Shown one piece after another: positions 12,114 through 24,299 of a stretch of DNA of 64,000 nucleotides. Each line of letters opens with the position of its first letter. Within the stretch, counting starts at the first letter, position 1. The stretch lies in NCBI RefSeq assembly GCF_006345805.1, contig NC_043015.1:50468001-50532000 (forward strand). The letters run 5' to 3'. Made by a program: the position numbers and the translations under genes. The stretch comes from Octopus sinensis. Taxonomy: Eukaryota. A model generated the notes under the pieces. It made no database searches and was not told the origin of the DNA. It saw only the letters and a program-made list of their open reading frames with translations.

Positions 12114-12298
12114 GTTCTCAACCATTTTTCATCTATAAACATTTTTGGTTCCCATTTTACTCGAGTGGACCCCATAACCATTTGATGCTGAAAAAAATCC
12201 TATTATATTTTCATAATTACATATTCTTAGGAATTGTATAAAAGAAATTTGATTAAAATATTTTTGTGTATTGTAAATGTATGACCTGTTTATTGTAG

Positions 12299-12375
12299 AT
12301 GAGTTTTTAACAAGAAAATCTTATACAGACACCCACGGGCCATATAGACCCTGGTTTAGAACCATTGATGTATAG
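12299..12375 (+). CDS. Candidate terminal exon (xEFLTRKSYTDTHGPYRPWFRTIDV*)
   Basis: atgacctgtttattgtag| then a phase-1 open frame of 24 codons plus stop. No recognised homology. Confidence 0.2.
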
Positions 12376-12425
12376 CTTTATATGTTCTCTGAGAACCAAT
12401 TCCAAAACAGAATATACATATATAT

Positions 12426-12513
<88 letters not shown>

Positions 12514-12609
12514 ATGCAATGTCAACAAGAATTAAAACTCACACAGAACAATGTGAAAAAGTAAGGCATTTATTCATTGCTTCCAGTACACAACACTTGA
12601 GAATGTGTT

Positions 12610-12693
<84 letters not shown>

Positions 12694-12695
12694 AG

Positions 12696-12787
12696 TAGTG
12701 TTTAACACTACCTAAACACAGGTGTTCCTTAGGAACTAATGGTACTGCTATTTTAATCCCAGGAGGATACCTCCTCTAGCTGGTTTA

Positions 12788-12859
<72 letters not shown>

Positions 12860-12980
12860 AATGGAGTGAGACAAAAAGAAAGAGAGAAGTAGTGTTTAAC
12901 ACCACCTAAACACAGGTTTTCCCTAGGTACTGACGATACTGCTATTTTAACCCCAGGAGGATACCTCCACTAGCTGGTTA
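12696..12980. repeat. Local tandem duplication of a ~90-bp repeat fragment, each copy preceded by (AT)n(AG)n
   Basis: gtagtgtttaacac.acctaaacacagg...ccaggaggatacctcc.ctagctggtt at ~12696 and ~12889. Confidence 0.8.
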
Positions 12981-13364
12981 TGTATATACACATACACACA
13001 CACACATAAAGATAGATCGATAAAGATAGAATTATTTAATATGAATACATTGATGTTTGTATGCATTTATATAAATACATCTACATGCACACACACACAC
13101 ACACACTTTATCCTGTCCCACAATCACACACATACACGCAGTTAGACATAGATATACACAGCTATACACAACTGCAGCAAGCTTCTTAAAACAAGAAGCC
13201 GTGTGCCACGTTATCAGCTGATTGTGTACCGCCCCCTCCCCCACCTTCCACCCCACCCACCCTACTACGTCACGACACCAGAGTTTCTTCAGAGGTTATT
13301 GCACACACAAGTATATAACTACATATCTATATTTATATCTATCTATCTATCTATCTATCTATCC

Positions 13365-13396
<32 letters not shown>

Positions 13397-13457
13397 GTAT
13401 ATATATATGTATATATATATGTATATATATATATGTATATATATATGTATATATATG

Positions 13458-13505
<48 letters not shown>

Positions 13506-13964
13506 GATATAGATATAGATATAGATATATATATATACACGTACACACACACATATATATACATATATATATTGAAGAAGTCTGCTTAGAACTAAGTAAT
13601 TACTCTTCAAGAATTATATGCAATTTTGCTATTGCATCAATGCTCTTGTCTAATTGGTAAGTGAGGAAGTAGAACAAACCTTCTGCACATGATGAGAAAA
13701 ATAATTCCATTAGCAAGATTAATGGTAAAAATATAGAAACAATCAAATTGAAAGTCTTTGATTTATAATTAGGAAGAAACAACAAAATCTTATATACACA
13801 CACACATATACATACACAAACATGTGTGTAGATATGCATACGTACATACATAGTGATATGTGTATGCATATTTATGAAATATATATAAATATACATTTGT
13901 ATGCACACATAATTAAATATGGATATGTGTGTGTGTGTGTGTGTGTGTGTGGTGTGTATTATCA

Positions 13965-14220
13965 TCATTATCGTCTAACGTCCATTTTCCATGCTGGCAT
14001 GGGTTGGACGGTTTCACTGGGGTCTGGGAAGCCAGGAGGCTGCACCAGGCCCCAGTCTGTTCTGGCAGTGTTTCTACAACTGGATGCCCTTCGTAACACC
14101 AACCACACCAAGTGTGTAGTGGGTACTTTTTATGTGGCACCGGTACAGGGGCCAGAGGAACTGGCTACAACCACAATCGGATGGTGCTTTTTACGTGCCA
14201 CCGGAATGGAAACCAGTCAT
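13965..14220 (-). mobile_element. Repeat family S5
   Basis: tccattttccatgctggcatgggttggacgg...ggatgcccttc...gtagtgggtac. Confidence 0.75.
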
Positions 14221-15144
14221 ATATATATGCATACATACATATGTATGCAATATACATGCACACACACAGAGGCACACACAAGTATACATACATATATACA
14301 TAGAAATATATGTACACATATAATAAATCAAATATACTTATATATATGCATGCACACATACATACACTCACATACACACATATACATGCACACACATACA
14401 CACATATATACACATACATACACACAAAACAGGTTAACCTTTTTAGTTTCTGTCTACCAGATTCACTTGCAAAGTTTTGGTCAGCCTGGTGCAATTGCAG
14501 ATGGTGCCTGTTCAAGGTGACATGCAGTGAGAGGGAAACCAAAACCACACACTACAATTGTTTCATAGCTGAAACAATGTTGGTTACATAATTTGTATCA
14601 TGCATAAAACCTGCTTAGCTTATCTTCAGGTTCTATTGCTTTTAAGCTAAAGATTATTTGCCAATATAACATGGCAGTCCTGGTTTAGGATGAATATTGC
14701 TATAATTTAGCCCCATGAGACATCGTTTCCAGCTGGTTATACAACATGATCTGTGTCCTTATATTTTCGAACAAGGGCATTCAACACCCCTTTTAAGACT
14801 GCCATGTTATGTTGGCAAATAATCTTTATTCTAGAGTACTGTTGCTGAATATCTCTCGAGAGATCTACAAATAGCAATTTTCTACTTTTATGCTGTTTAC
14901 TTTGTCACATGGAGATGTTAAAAAAACAAAAAAAGCCTCATTTTTTTCTTTGCTCCCATTGGGTTGGAAGAGATTTCTATAGCCACCAGCCTTTCCTGCT
15001 GCCAATATTGACACATTTTCCAGTAAAGTTCTTTACTGCATGTCTTTTCACATTGAAACAGTGATGGACATTTTTTTTTACTGCAGATATAAACAACATC
15101 AGTGCTGAAGTGATGGCAAGCAAAGACAAAGATACATACATATA

Positions 15145-15361
15145 CGAGGGGACGGTGAAAAATTCTTGGCTTTAAGGGTATCGTGAAAAGCTTGGCTGGA
15201 GGCCCAATGTTCGGAGTTCTTTTACAGAGCTTAGAAAAACTGAAAGACCACTGCAATAAGTGTGTGAATCTGAGATGGAAGTAAGTTGAACCAAATCATA
15301 ATTAACTGATCCTCCTATGTCTTCTTTTACCCAAAGCCAGGAATTTTTCAGCACCCATTTG
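15145..15361 (+). mobile_element. Mariner-derived MITE (~215 bp), copy 1
   Basis: TA-flanked, TIR cgagggg..gtgaaaaattcttggcttt / aaagccaggaatttttcagcaccc. Interior retains a transposase C-terminal remnant (LEKLKDHCNKCVNLR). Confidence 0.8.
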
Positions 15362-15387
15362 TATATTATATTATATATATAATACAT

Positions 15388-15686
15388 GTGGAGGCGCAAT
15401 GGCCCAGTGGTTAGGGCAGCGGACTCGTGGTCATAGGATCGCGGTTTTGATTCCCAGACCGGGCGTTGTGAGTGTTTATTGAGCGAAAACACCTAAAAGC
15501 CCCACGAGGCTCCGGCAGGAGGTGGTGATCCCTGCTGTACTCTTTCACCACTCTTTTTTCTGTTGGCCTGCTCGCTTAGCCAGCGGGGTGGCGTAATTCG
15601 AAGGCTAAAAACAATGCAAACGCATTGTGACCAGCGATGTGTAACAACGTCTGATGGTGTGGTCGGTCACGTGATCACGTGATATA
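15388..15686 (+). mobile_element. tRNA-derived SINE family S8 ending in a tcacgtgatcacgtga palindrome
   Basis: A-box tggcccagtggttagg and B-box ggttttgattccc; 3' part repeated at 21495-21615. Confidence 0.8.
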
Positions 15687-15695
15687 TAATACATA

Positions 15696-15896
15696 TGAGG
15701 GAGTGTTGAAAAGTTCTTGGCTTTAAGGGTATCATGAAAGGCCTGGTTGGAAGCCCAAACTTCTGAGTTCTTTTACAGAGCTTAGAAAAACTGAAGGACC
15801 ACTGCAATAAGTGTGTGAATCTGAGAGGGGAGTATATTAACTGATCCTCTTGGGTCTTCTTTTACACAAAGCCAGAAACTTTTCAGCACCCCCTCG
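15696..15896 (+). mobile_element. Mariner-derived MITE, copy 2
   Basis: tgagggagtgttgaaaagttcttggcttt ... aaagccagaaacttttcagcaccccctcg, TA-flanked; colinear with copy 1. Confidence 0.85.
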
Positions 15897-16099
15897 TATA
15901 CTTACACATACGTATATGTTGAGATATTAAGGGCTTCCATATAGTTTCCTTCTACAAATTTCACTGGCGAGGCATTGGTCACACCAAGGATATAGTAAAA
16001 GACATTTGCCTAAGATAGCATATAGTGGGATTGAACCTGAAACCATGTGGTTGTAAGTGGAACCTCTTTACCACACAGCCACACCTACTTCTATTCTTT

Positions 16100-16482
16100 T
16101 TCTTTACTCTTTTACTTGTTTCAGTCATTTGACAGTGGCCATGAAGGAGCACCGCCTTTAGTCAAACAAATCGATCCCAGGATTTATTCTTTGTAAGCCC
16201 AGTACTTGTTCTATCAGTATCTTTTGCTGAACTATCAAGTTACAGGGACGTAAACACACCAACATCACTTGTCAAGCAATGGTGGTGGACAAACACAGAC
16301 ACACACACACACACACATATATGACGGGCTTCTTTCAGTTTCTATCTACCAAATCCATTCACAAGGCTTTGGTCGGCCTGAAGCCATAGTAGAAGACACT
16401 TGCCCAAGGTGCCATGCAGTGGGACTGAACCCGGAGCCATGAGGTTGGTAAACAAGCTACTTACCACACAACCACTTCTGCT
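16100..16482 (-). mobile_element. Full-length SINE S1 (a further S1 head lies at ~15920-16085)
   Basis: Reverse complement of 11476-11906. Confidence 0.88.
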
Positions 16483-17132
16483 TAATTTTTTTGTATGCAA
16501 AAACTTAGCTCAGTTGAATCAGTCCTAGAATATTACTGGTACTCGTGTCAATGTTGTTAGTCATCATTGCAAGAATTTTAACACTATACAAATAGAATTT
16601 GATCTTAGAACAGCCATCACAATCGCTTTTGAAGACAGGTATCTTCAGCTCTAGACTTTCTAAGCTGCTTGCCTGCTTAATTCCTTAATTAGGCTAGACA
16701 ATGATTATAAATTAGCGTTAGCATATTTCATGTAAGAATGAATTTATAAGCTAATTAGAATTAATTATGCAATGAGATAAAAAAAGAAATGAAATAAAAT
16801 CATTGACTAATTATATTTTGTTTTTAGTTTGACCTCAGCAGTGATGTATTGCCTTCAGCATCCAATCTGGAATGGTTGAGGAAGGAATAACTGAGTAAGC
16901 ATGCGTAGATTGGATGGCGTTGAAAATAGAATTGTTTAAAGAATAAATAACTCAAAGATACTTCAAGACAACAATTGAATTAGTGTTCATATATTCAAAG
17001 CACGGAGCATTGAAATGCTGATTAAAAGTAATTACATGGTAAGGAATTATAGAAATATATACCGTTGCTATGCTACAAAAGTGTTGTAAGTCTTTTTCAG
17101 AAAACATAAAAAATAGTTTTACCATTCCATAG

Positions 17133-17228
17133 CAAAACTGCTGTAATTACACTTTGACAATTTTTGATATCTTGGTATCTGAAGCAGCTGGAGATATGAT
17201 TGTTGACCAAATCAACCGGCTATTGCAA
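17133..17228 (+). CDS. Candidate 96-nt phase 0-0 exon (QNCCNYTLTIFDILVSEAAGDMIVDQINRLLQ)
   Basis: ttttaccattccatag| ... |gtaaaa, in a unique island; protein-like composition but a weak donor. Confidence 0.25.
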
Positions 17229-17446
17229 GTAAAAATAAATATGTATTTGGCCAATTTGGACATACAATAGTTTAACATAATAGCAATGATCTACATATAT
17301 ATATATATATATATATAATACTTTATAATTTACTAAGATAATTTATTTACTTTATAAATTTACCGTGAAATGGTCCTTTTTCATGCCGAATTCTACTTGG
17401 TGAAATTATTGATTACTTCTTAATTAATTTTACCCTTTGTTATTAT

Positions 17447-17476
<30 letters not shown>

Positions 17477-17477
<1 letters not shown>

Positions 17478-17770
17478 CGAGCAAAATGCCCCCCTCCCCG
17501 TCCAATGGACGGTGCTGAGTTGTCAAACATTTAAACCAAATTTTCTCAAAACAACTTGTCCGACCGTCATACAGGCCTCCCCTTTGAGAAACACTAATTT
17601 AACCTAAATTTGGGACACCATGCATTTTTCTCTCATACACGTAGTATCAATCGCAACAGCTGATGTACTTGCGCATACAAATGCACGTTCACACGGCTTT
17701 ATCGATCGCATTCTCACCTGCAATCGGCTGGCGGATGCCCGAGATCCTAGAAGACAGACAGAATGGATTT

Positions 17771-17775
<5 letters not shown>
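17477..17775 (+). mobile_element. Possible Helitron/HINE-like non-autonomous element
   Basis: CpG-rich insert inside (AT)n; perfect hairpin ccgtcc-aat-ggacgg (17498-17512); acagacagaatggattttatataat end resembles such elements (inference). Confidence 0.3.
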
Positions 17776-17810
<35 letters not shown>

Positions 17811-18079
17811 ATATATATATATATATATATTGTTATATTTTGGGATTGTAATTTTATTTTGCCAAATAAACACACACACTATATATTTGTTCTTTACTCA
17901 TTTTTTGCTGTTCTTATTTTATCTTATGGCTATTGTCTGAAAATCTTTCATCAGACATCTGTGACCTCTTCAGCAACTCTTCCATCCATATTTCCTCCAT
18001 ACATTCAAAAGCATTACTGTGTAGTAAAAAGTTTGTTTCTCCATCACATAGTTCCAGGTTCTAACAAATCTATTCAAGT

Positions 18080-18390
18080 ACTTTCTTTTTTTACTAAGCC
18101 TGGCACTGATCCTATCAGTCTCTTTTACTGAACCGTTAAGTTATGGGGTGGGGGTCATAAACACACTAACACCAGTTGTGAAGTGGTGGTAGTGGGTTGG
18201 TGTTGGTACAAACATAGACAGAAAGACACAAACACACACATACAATGGGTTTCTTTCAGTTTCCATCTACCAAATCAACTCACGATACTTTAGTCGACCC
18301 GAGGCCATAGCAGAAAGCACTTGCCCAGGGACTGAACCTGGAATCATGTGCGAAGGAAAGCAAACTTCTTACCACATGACCACTCCTGCA
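18080..18390 (-). mobile_element. Decayed SINE S1
   Basis: ctttcagtttccatctaccaaatc...gggactgaacctggaatcatgtg. Confidence 0.7.
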
Positions 18391-18641
18391 AACTATGTTT
18401 ACATAAATAGATAACAAAGCCAATACTTGTTTTCTCTTTAACTCTGTTGCATAAGCAGCAGCAGGTCCAGCCCCACCCCTAACCAGCCGCACATCAGTTC
18501 CATCCCTCCCGTACCCCCCCCCCCCGGAACCCATAGCTGCTGACTAATACTGCTCTAGTTATGCTCATCTGCTGTCTATTGTCTTCTTCACACATTAACC
18601 CTCCATTGTTCCAACAGCATGGGGCTTACCACCAACAATGT

Positions 18642-18663
18642 CCCCTACCCCCACCCCCACCCC
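18642..18663 (-). other. Canonical G-quadruplex motif (G4-T-G5-T-G5-TA-G4)
   Basis: Plus strand cccctacccccacccccacccc. Confidence 0.55.
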
Positions 18664-19169
18664 ACCAATTCTGCACTTCCGAAAACTCACTTTTCTGGTC
18701 GGGCTACCACCATCACACCCCTCCACCCCCATCCTACCCCCACCATAATCTCCAACAGAGAAGCACACACCCTTCTCTTCCTTCCTTTTTATGTAGATGT
18801 CTGTGACCCCTTTTTATATATATATTTTTTTTTTTGCGTCATCACTTACTCATGCCTGAATCCATAGCAATAATGACCAATCAATTTGATCCTCCTCCTC
18901 CTCTTCCTCCTGCTCCTCCTCCTCCTCCCTACACTGACCCTTTCTTCCCCACTGCCAACCACCACACACTGATCTTCATAGTAATTGCTTTACTATCTAT
19001 CCGCACCTCTACCACCACAACCACCACCATCCTATACCCTGACCTGGTGATTATCCCAAAATATCAGAGTGGAGTTGGTGGTGGTGGTGGTGGCGGTGGT
19101 GGGGTTGCAGGATGGGTAGAGAAAAGTGGGTGAAGTAAGAGCTACAAAAGAGAGGGAGGTGAAAGGGGA

Positions 19170-19550
19170 GAGATAGATAGATACAGAGAGAGAGAGAGAA
19201 AGGGACATAGGCCTGTGTCTGTATATGTCTGTGTGTGTATGTGTGTGTGTGTGTATCTGTGTATGCTTGTCTGTATGTGTGCATGTGTGTGTGTGACTGC
19301 ATGTGTGTATTTGTGTGTGATTACATGTGTGTGTGTGTGTGTGGGTGGGTGTATGGGTTTGCATGTGTGTGTGTGTGGGGGGTGTATGTGTCTCTGCATG
19401 TGATGTGTGTCTGTGTGTGAGTCTGCATATGTGCGTGTTTGGATGTGTGTGTGTATACATGTGTGTGTCTCTGTGTGTGCGTGTATCTCTGCATGTATGT
19501 ATATGTGTGTGCATGCATGTGTGCGTGCGTATGTGTGTGTGTGTGATTTC
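19170..19550. repeat. (AG)n and degenerate (GT)n microsatellites
   Basis: Seen directly. Confidence 0.95.
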
Positions 19551-20304
19551 CCCACATGCCAATCACCAATCAATAAGTTATCATATACAAGTATGATAAA
19601 TAGTGCTGATTGCCCGACTTTTTGTTATCGCTGATATCTATCAATGGAAGATTAATACAATTAAGAAGCCAAAGGAAGCAAGAGACAGAGAGAGAGAGAG
19701 AGAGTGCACGAGAGAGAGAGAGGGGTAGAGAGAGAGAGAGAGATTGAGCAGAGCGGAGACAGAAGGAAATTGAGCTTCTGTGTCGTTTATGGCTTTTCCA
19801 AAAGCTTTCTCTCACAACACCGAGTGAAATGGAATAGCTACAAACAGTGATCAAACGCACTTCATGAAGGAGCCATAAGCTTAACTTCTAATTCACAGTA
19901 TCTACCTCTCTCTCTCTCTTTCTCTCTCCCCACACACACACACACACACACACACAAGAACTCATACGCACACACACTCGGGAACTCATACACACGCACA
20001 TGAATATATAACATTGATGGTTCTGGGTACTGACAGATATTCACAGATATATAGACACAGCACGGTTCTCAAATTAACAACTTTTGATTCGGGTATTATT
20101 CTTTACACTTCAATGGCAAAAAAAAAAAAAACCATATCTCGCATTTCTTTTAAGTAAATTGGAGATGAGAGGGGAAAAAAAAAATTGTTTGGTTTGTCTG
20201 AAATAGCAGACAAGTGTCCCTCAAATCACAACTTACTGACTCGAGGAAATTGACATAGTGGCTAATGTGATCCTAGGTAACCGATGACTGCAAAAAAAAA
20301 AAAG

Positions 20305-20520
20305 TTTCACATTTTGGCACAAGGCCAGCAAGTTCAATGGAAGTGGAAATAAGCTGATTACATCGACCCACCAGTGGTCCACGGGTGTTTATTTTAGTGA
20401 CACTGAAGGGAAGAGAAGCAAAGGCGACATCGGCAGAATTTGAACTTGGAAGATAAAGATGGAGGAAATGCCACAAAGAATCTTCCCAGTGTGCTAACAA
20501 TTTTGCCAGCTTGCCACCTT
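20305..20520 (-). mobile_element. SINE S4
   Basis: Family motifs; head abuts (AAT)n. Confidence 0.75.
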
Positions 20521-20536
20521 AATAATAATAATAATA

Positions 20537-20568
<32 letters not shown>

Positions 20569-20575
20569 AAATGAA

Positions 20576-20617
<42 letters not shown>

Positions 20618-20669
20618 TATAATAATAATAATAATAATAATAACTATAATAATAATAATAATAATAATA

Positions 20670-21130
20670 ATGGGCTACAGCAAATATTCTGCTCAATACC
20701 ACAGATTTGCTTGTCAGTTGTTTGACCTTAACCAGTTGAGCATGTCCCTTAGTGGCTGACGATATGTGCATCTCTGATCACGAGCAGAAGTAGTGGGGGA
20801 GCATCATAGCCATGTGTTGAGAGGGATTCTTTGGGGTTTAATATTTCACCTCTGGAAACATGGGTGTTTCTTTCAACATCCTTAAACAACCCTTATTCAG
20901 GGACCGTTTGAGCGGGATGGGCTACTCAACCTGAAGAAAATTCTAACTGGGCCCCACCTGCAAGGTCATGTGCTGTTTATCTTGATATGAGATCACCATG
21001 TCGCGCACATATGGTTGTGATGCATGTGCCTGGTGTACCTTTATCAGACGGGTAGTCATGATGGGTATATTGGGCTTCGTATATTTTACCCCAGTGTCAC
21101 TTTGATGGCATGAACTGCTCTCTCACTCAA
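20670..21130 (+). mobile_element. Repeat family S3 flanked by (AAT)n on both sides
   Basis: Colinear with 1486-1950 (reverse complement) and 3772-4205. Confidence 0.85.
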
Positions 21131-21360
21131 TAATAATAATAATAATAATTATAAGGCATAACACCAACATGAACGTCCAACTTGTTGTCTCTTGAGGTCT
21201 CTGGGTGAGACTTGGAGCAAACTTGTACAAATATAAAGCAAAAGTCAAACATAGAATAATTATAATAATGATAATGGTTTCAAATTTTGGCACAAGGCCA
21301 AATGTATATAAATGTATATATACATTTATATACATATATATACACACATATATATGTATA

Positions 21361-21421
<61 letters not shown>

Positions 21422-21494
21422 TATATACATATATACATATATACATATATGTATATATTCATATATATGTATGTATATATATATATATATATAT

Positions 21495-21615
21495 TGGCCT
21501 GGTCGCTTAGCCAGCAGGGTGGCGTCATTCGAAGGCTAAAACAATGTGAACGCATTGTGACCAGCGATGTGTAACAACATCTGATGGTCTGGTCGGTGAC
21601 GTGATCACGTGATAT
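21495..21615 (+). mobile_element. 5'-truncated SINE S8
   Basis: Matches 15562-15686. Confidence 0.8.
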
Positions 21616-21642
21616 ATATATATATATATATGTACCGGAGTA

Positions 21643-21815
21643 AACACATAAATGTGAAACAAGGTGGAAAAAAGAGTACTCAAATACCAGTGGTAGAGTA
21701 ATATGCTTTATTTAAAGCAGCAGAAAATTCAACAAAACCTGTTACTCTGAGTTTCACGTTCCCAAAACTCAGAGTAACAGGTTTTGTTGAATTTTCTGCT
21801 GCTTTAAATAAAGTA
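21643..21815. mobile_element. Penelope-like repeat (family C) with a perfect 49-bp fold-back
   Basis: 21706-21754 is the exact reverse complement of 21765-21813; 10-nt loop cacgttccca. Arms match 36625-36700 and 61750-61827. Confidence 0.7.
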
Positions 21816-21822
21816 TATATAT

Positions 21823-21859
<37 letters not shown>

Positions 21860-22308
21860 GGATTATTTACTCTTCGTCAAACCCACTTTATGGTGTGATC
21901 ATCATGAAACTTGGATTTTCTGCACCTGAGGAATCCTGATATTGGCCTGGAACCTGGAACCCTAACTTACACCATACCAGGACCTTATATATATGTATGC
22001 ATGTATGTATGTATGTATGTATGTATGTATAGATAGGTCAATAGATGGATAGATAAATAGATCGATAGATAGATATAGATATATATACATATATACACAC
22101 ACATGAACATGACAGGCTGGCTTCTTTCAGTTTCCATCTACTCAATCCTTGATTGACTCAAGGCTATAGTGGAAATCTCTTGCCTGTAATGTGCCACAGT
22201 AGGACTGAAATAGAAACTACATGGCCAAGAAGCAAACTTCTTAACCACACATCCATGTCTGTGCCTTCATATATTTCTATTTATTTTATTTCATGTTTTT
22301 TGATTTAG

Positions 22309-22523
22309 GTATTTCTTCCCCTTGCCAAACGACATAACTGTTTCCAAGAATCTGAGTAGTTACGAAGTAATTACTAAATCGCAAAGAAACTGTTGTTAAG
22401 GGCAACAAGCGTAAATTCATGTACAATAGCGGAAGTTTATGATGCTAAATAAATATCTATAATTTTCTGTGGTACCATTGCTGAAACGATGCAAACTCCA
22501 TCCATTTTAAAGAAGCAGAATAG
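22309..22523 (+). other. Candidate start-codon exon (5'UTR + MQTPSILKKQN, ATG at 22489)
   Basis: tttcatgttttttgatttag| acceptor and AG|gtaagt consensus donor. All frames are closed upstream of the ATG, which has A at -3. Confidence 0.35.
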
Positions 22524-23322
22524 GTAAGTGACACTACGAAATGACTAGAATGTATCGATTGTGAAAACTGCAGGCAAGAAGGAAGCATGAAATTGTATAT
22601 ATTAAAACCGGAATCATAAAATGGTTAAAGATGTCCATGGCAATAAGTTTCGAAATGCCAAGCACAGCTGTATTTAGGAAACAATACACCACAGCAGGGA
22701 ATTTACCAATTTATCAATCATATGAGATGTTGATTTATAGTTGGAATATTGTTATTTCTTAATATTTCCTAAGGTTCCATTATTTTACCAGGCTGTATGA
22801 AATATCTTGGAGTCTTATTTTTATAGCTGGATACTTTCCAAAGTGTCAAATATTCTATTATAAAAATGAGACACAAATTTTGTCATATTCATGGAAAGTA
22901 AGAAGAACAATAAAAATAATAAAAAATTAATAAATAAATAAAGAAATAAAGAAATAAAATTAAAGAAACAAAAACTTCAGCTGCAGAAATGGGAAATTAT
23001 ACCATTTCGTTCGTTCTCAAAAGTATTAGTTGTATTAAAGGAAGAAGTTTCCACTGGAAATTGGAATCTAGTTGGAAACCAATATCATATTTAATCACCA
23101 CCATCATAATCATCATCATCATCATTTTACTGTCCACTTTACTACGCTTGCACAGGTCACATGAAATTCATTGAAGCAGACAGATCAGCTATAGTTGGAT
23201 GCCCTTCTTGTTGCCAGCCCTCACCCCTCACCTGTTTCCAAGCAAATGCATATTTCCCCATGGCTTGACATATTTTCATGGAAGAGTGGAAATGAGGGAC
23301 TCCACTTATATCACAGTGATGG

Positions 23323-23357
<35 letters not shown>

Positions 23358-24299
23358 TGTATATAAACTGAAAGAAGCCTGTTGTACGTATGCGTGTGTG
23401 TATTTATCAATGAGTGAAGGGAATGGTGCAGGTAATTACACACTACATTTGTTTCAATGCAATCACTAAACAGAAGTTATGTATCTTTAGGGTATTATAT
23501 AAATATTCAGTGTTCCTTCTCTCTGGATATTTTTCTGCTTGTTTTAGAATTTCTATCTAACTCAACATACGACATAGTGTATTGCACATGTTGATTAATA
23601 AACTTTATCAATTGAATATCATCTATTTTGTATTATCTATACAAGCTGTGTATATGCTTGAAGCTAACCAACAATCATTATGGTTCTTATTTTATTTACA
23701 CCACACACACTAACTTCTTTCAGTTTCTGTCAAATCACTTACAAAGTGCGACTGAACTAAAACCATGCGGTCAAGAAACAAGCTTCTTAACCTTCAGCCA
23801 TATCTGCACCTAAATATAATACTCACTAATATTAGCCAATGGGGTGTGCCACAATGTGGAAGTAAAGTTCTATTGAGGAGAATAAGCAATCTGGTTTTAA
23901 TTCACAATTGAAACTATTTTGCTTGGTTTCATATAGCATTGGAATTGGTAGAAGAGATAAGAATAGCATATCACAAAGCTACAGCTCCACAAATTCATGT
24001 TCTTGGGTTTGTGTAGCTTAGATTAATCTTTTTCAAACCAAATGGAATTAAGACTTATGGTATTTTACTGCGATAAGAAGTTGTTAGTAAAAATGGATTA
24101 GTTATATAACTGTAGACAACATATAGGTGCAGGCATGGCTGTGTGATAAGAAGTTTATTTTCTAATCGGGTGATACTGGGTTCAGTCCCACAGCATGGCA
24201 CCTTGTGTAAATATCTTCTCAGTCAGATATTTGGTTCAGTTCCACTGTGTGGCACCTTAGGCAAATGTCTTCCTAATCAGGTGATATTGGGTTCAGTCA

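Noticed and set aside
14918-15256. 112-aa ORF
   Set aside because: Starts inside a mariner MITE on the antisense strand; no recognisable domain.
13590-18870. Further acceptor-plus-open-frame candidates (13590-13656, 15087, 16818, 18870)
   Set aside because: Short frames, weak sites or no donor; not distinguishable from chance.
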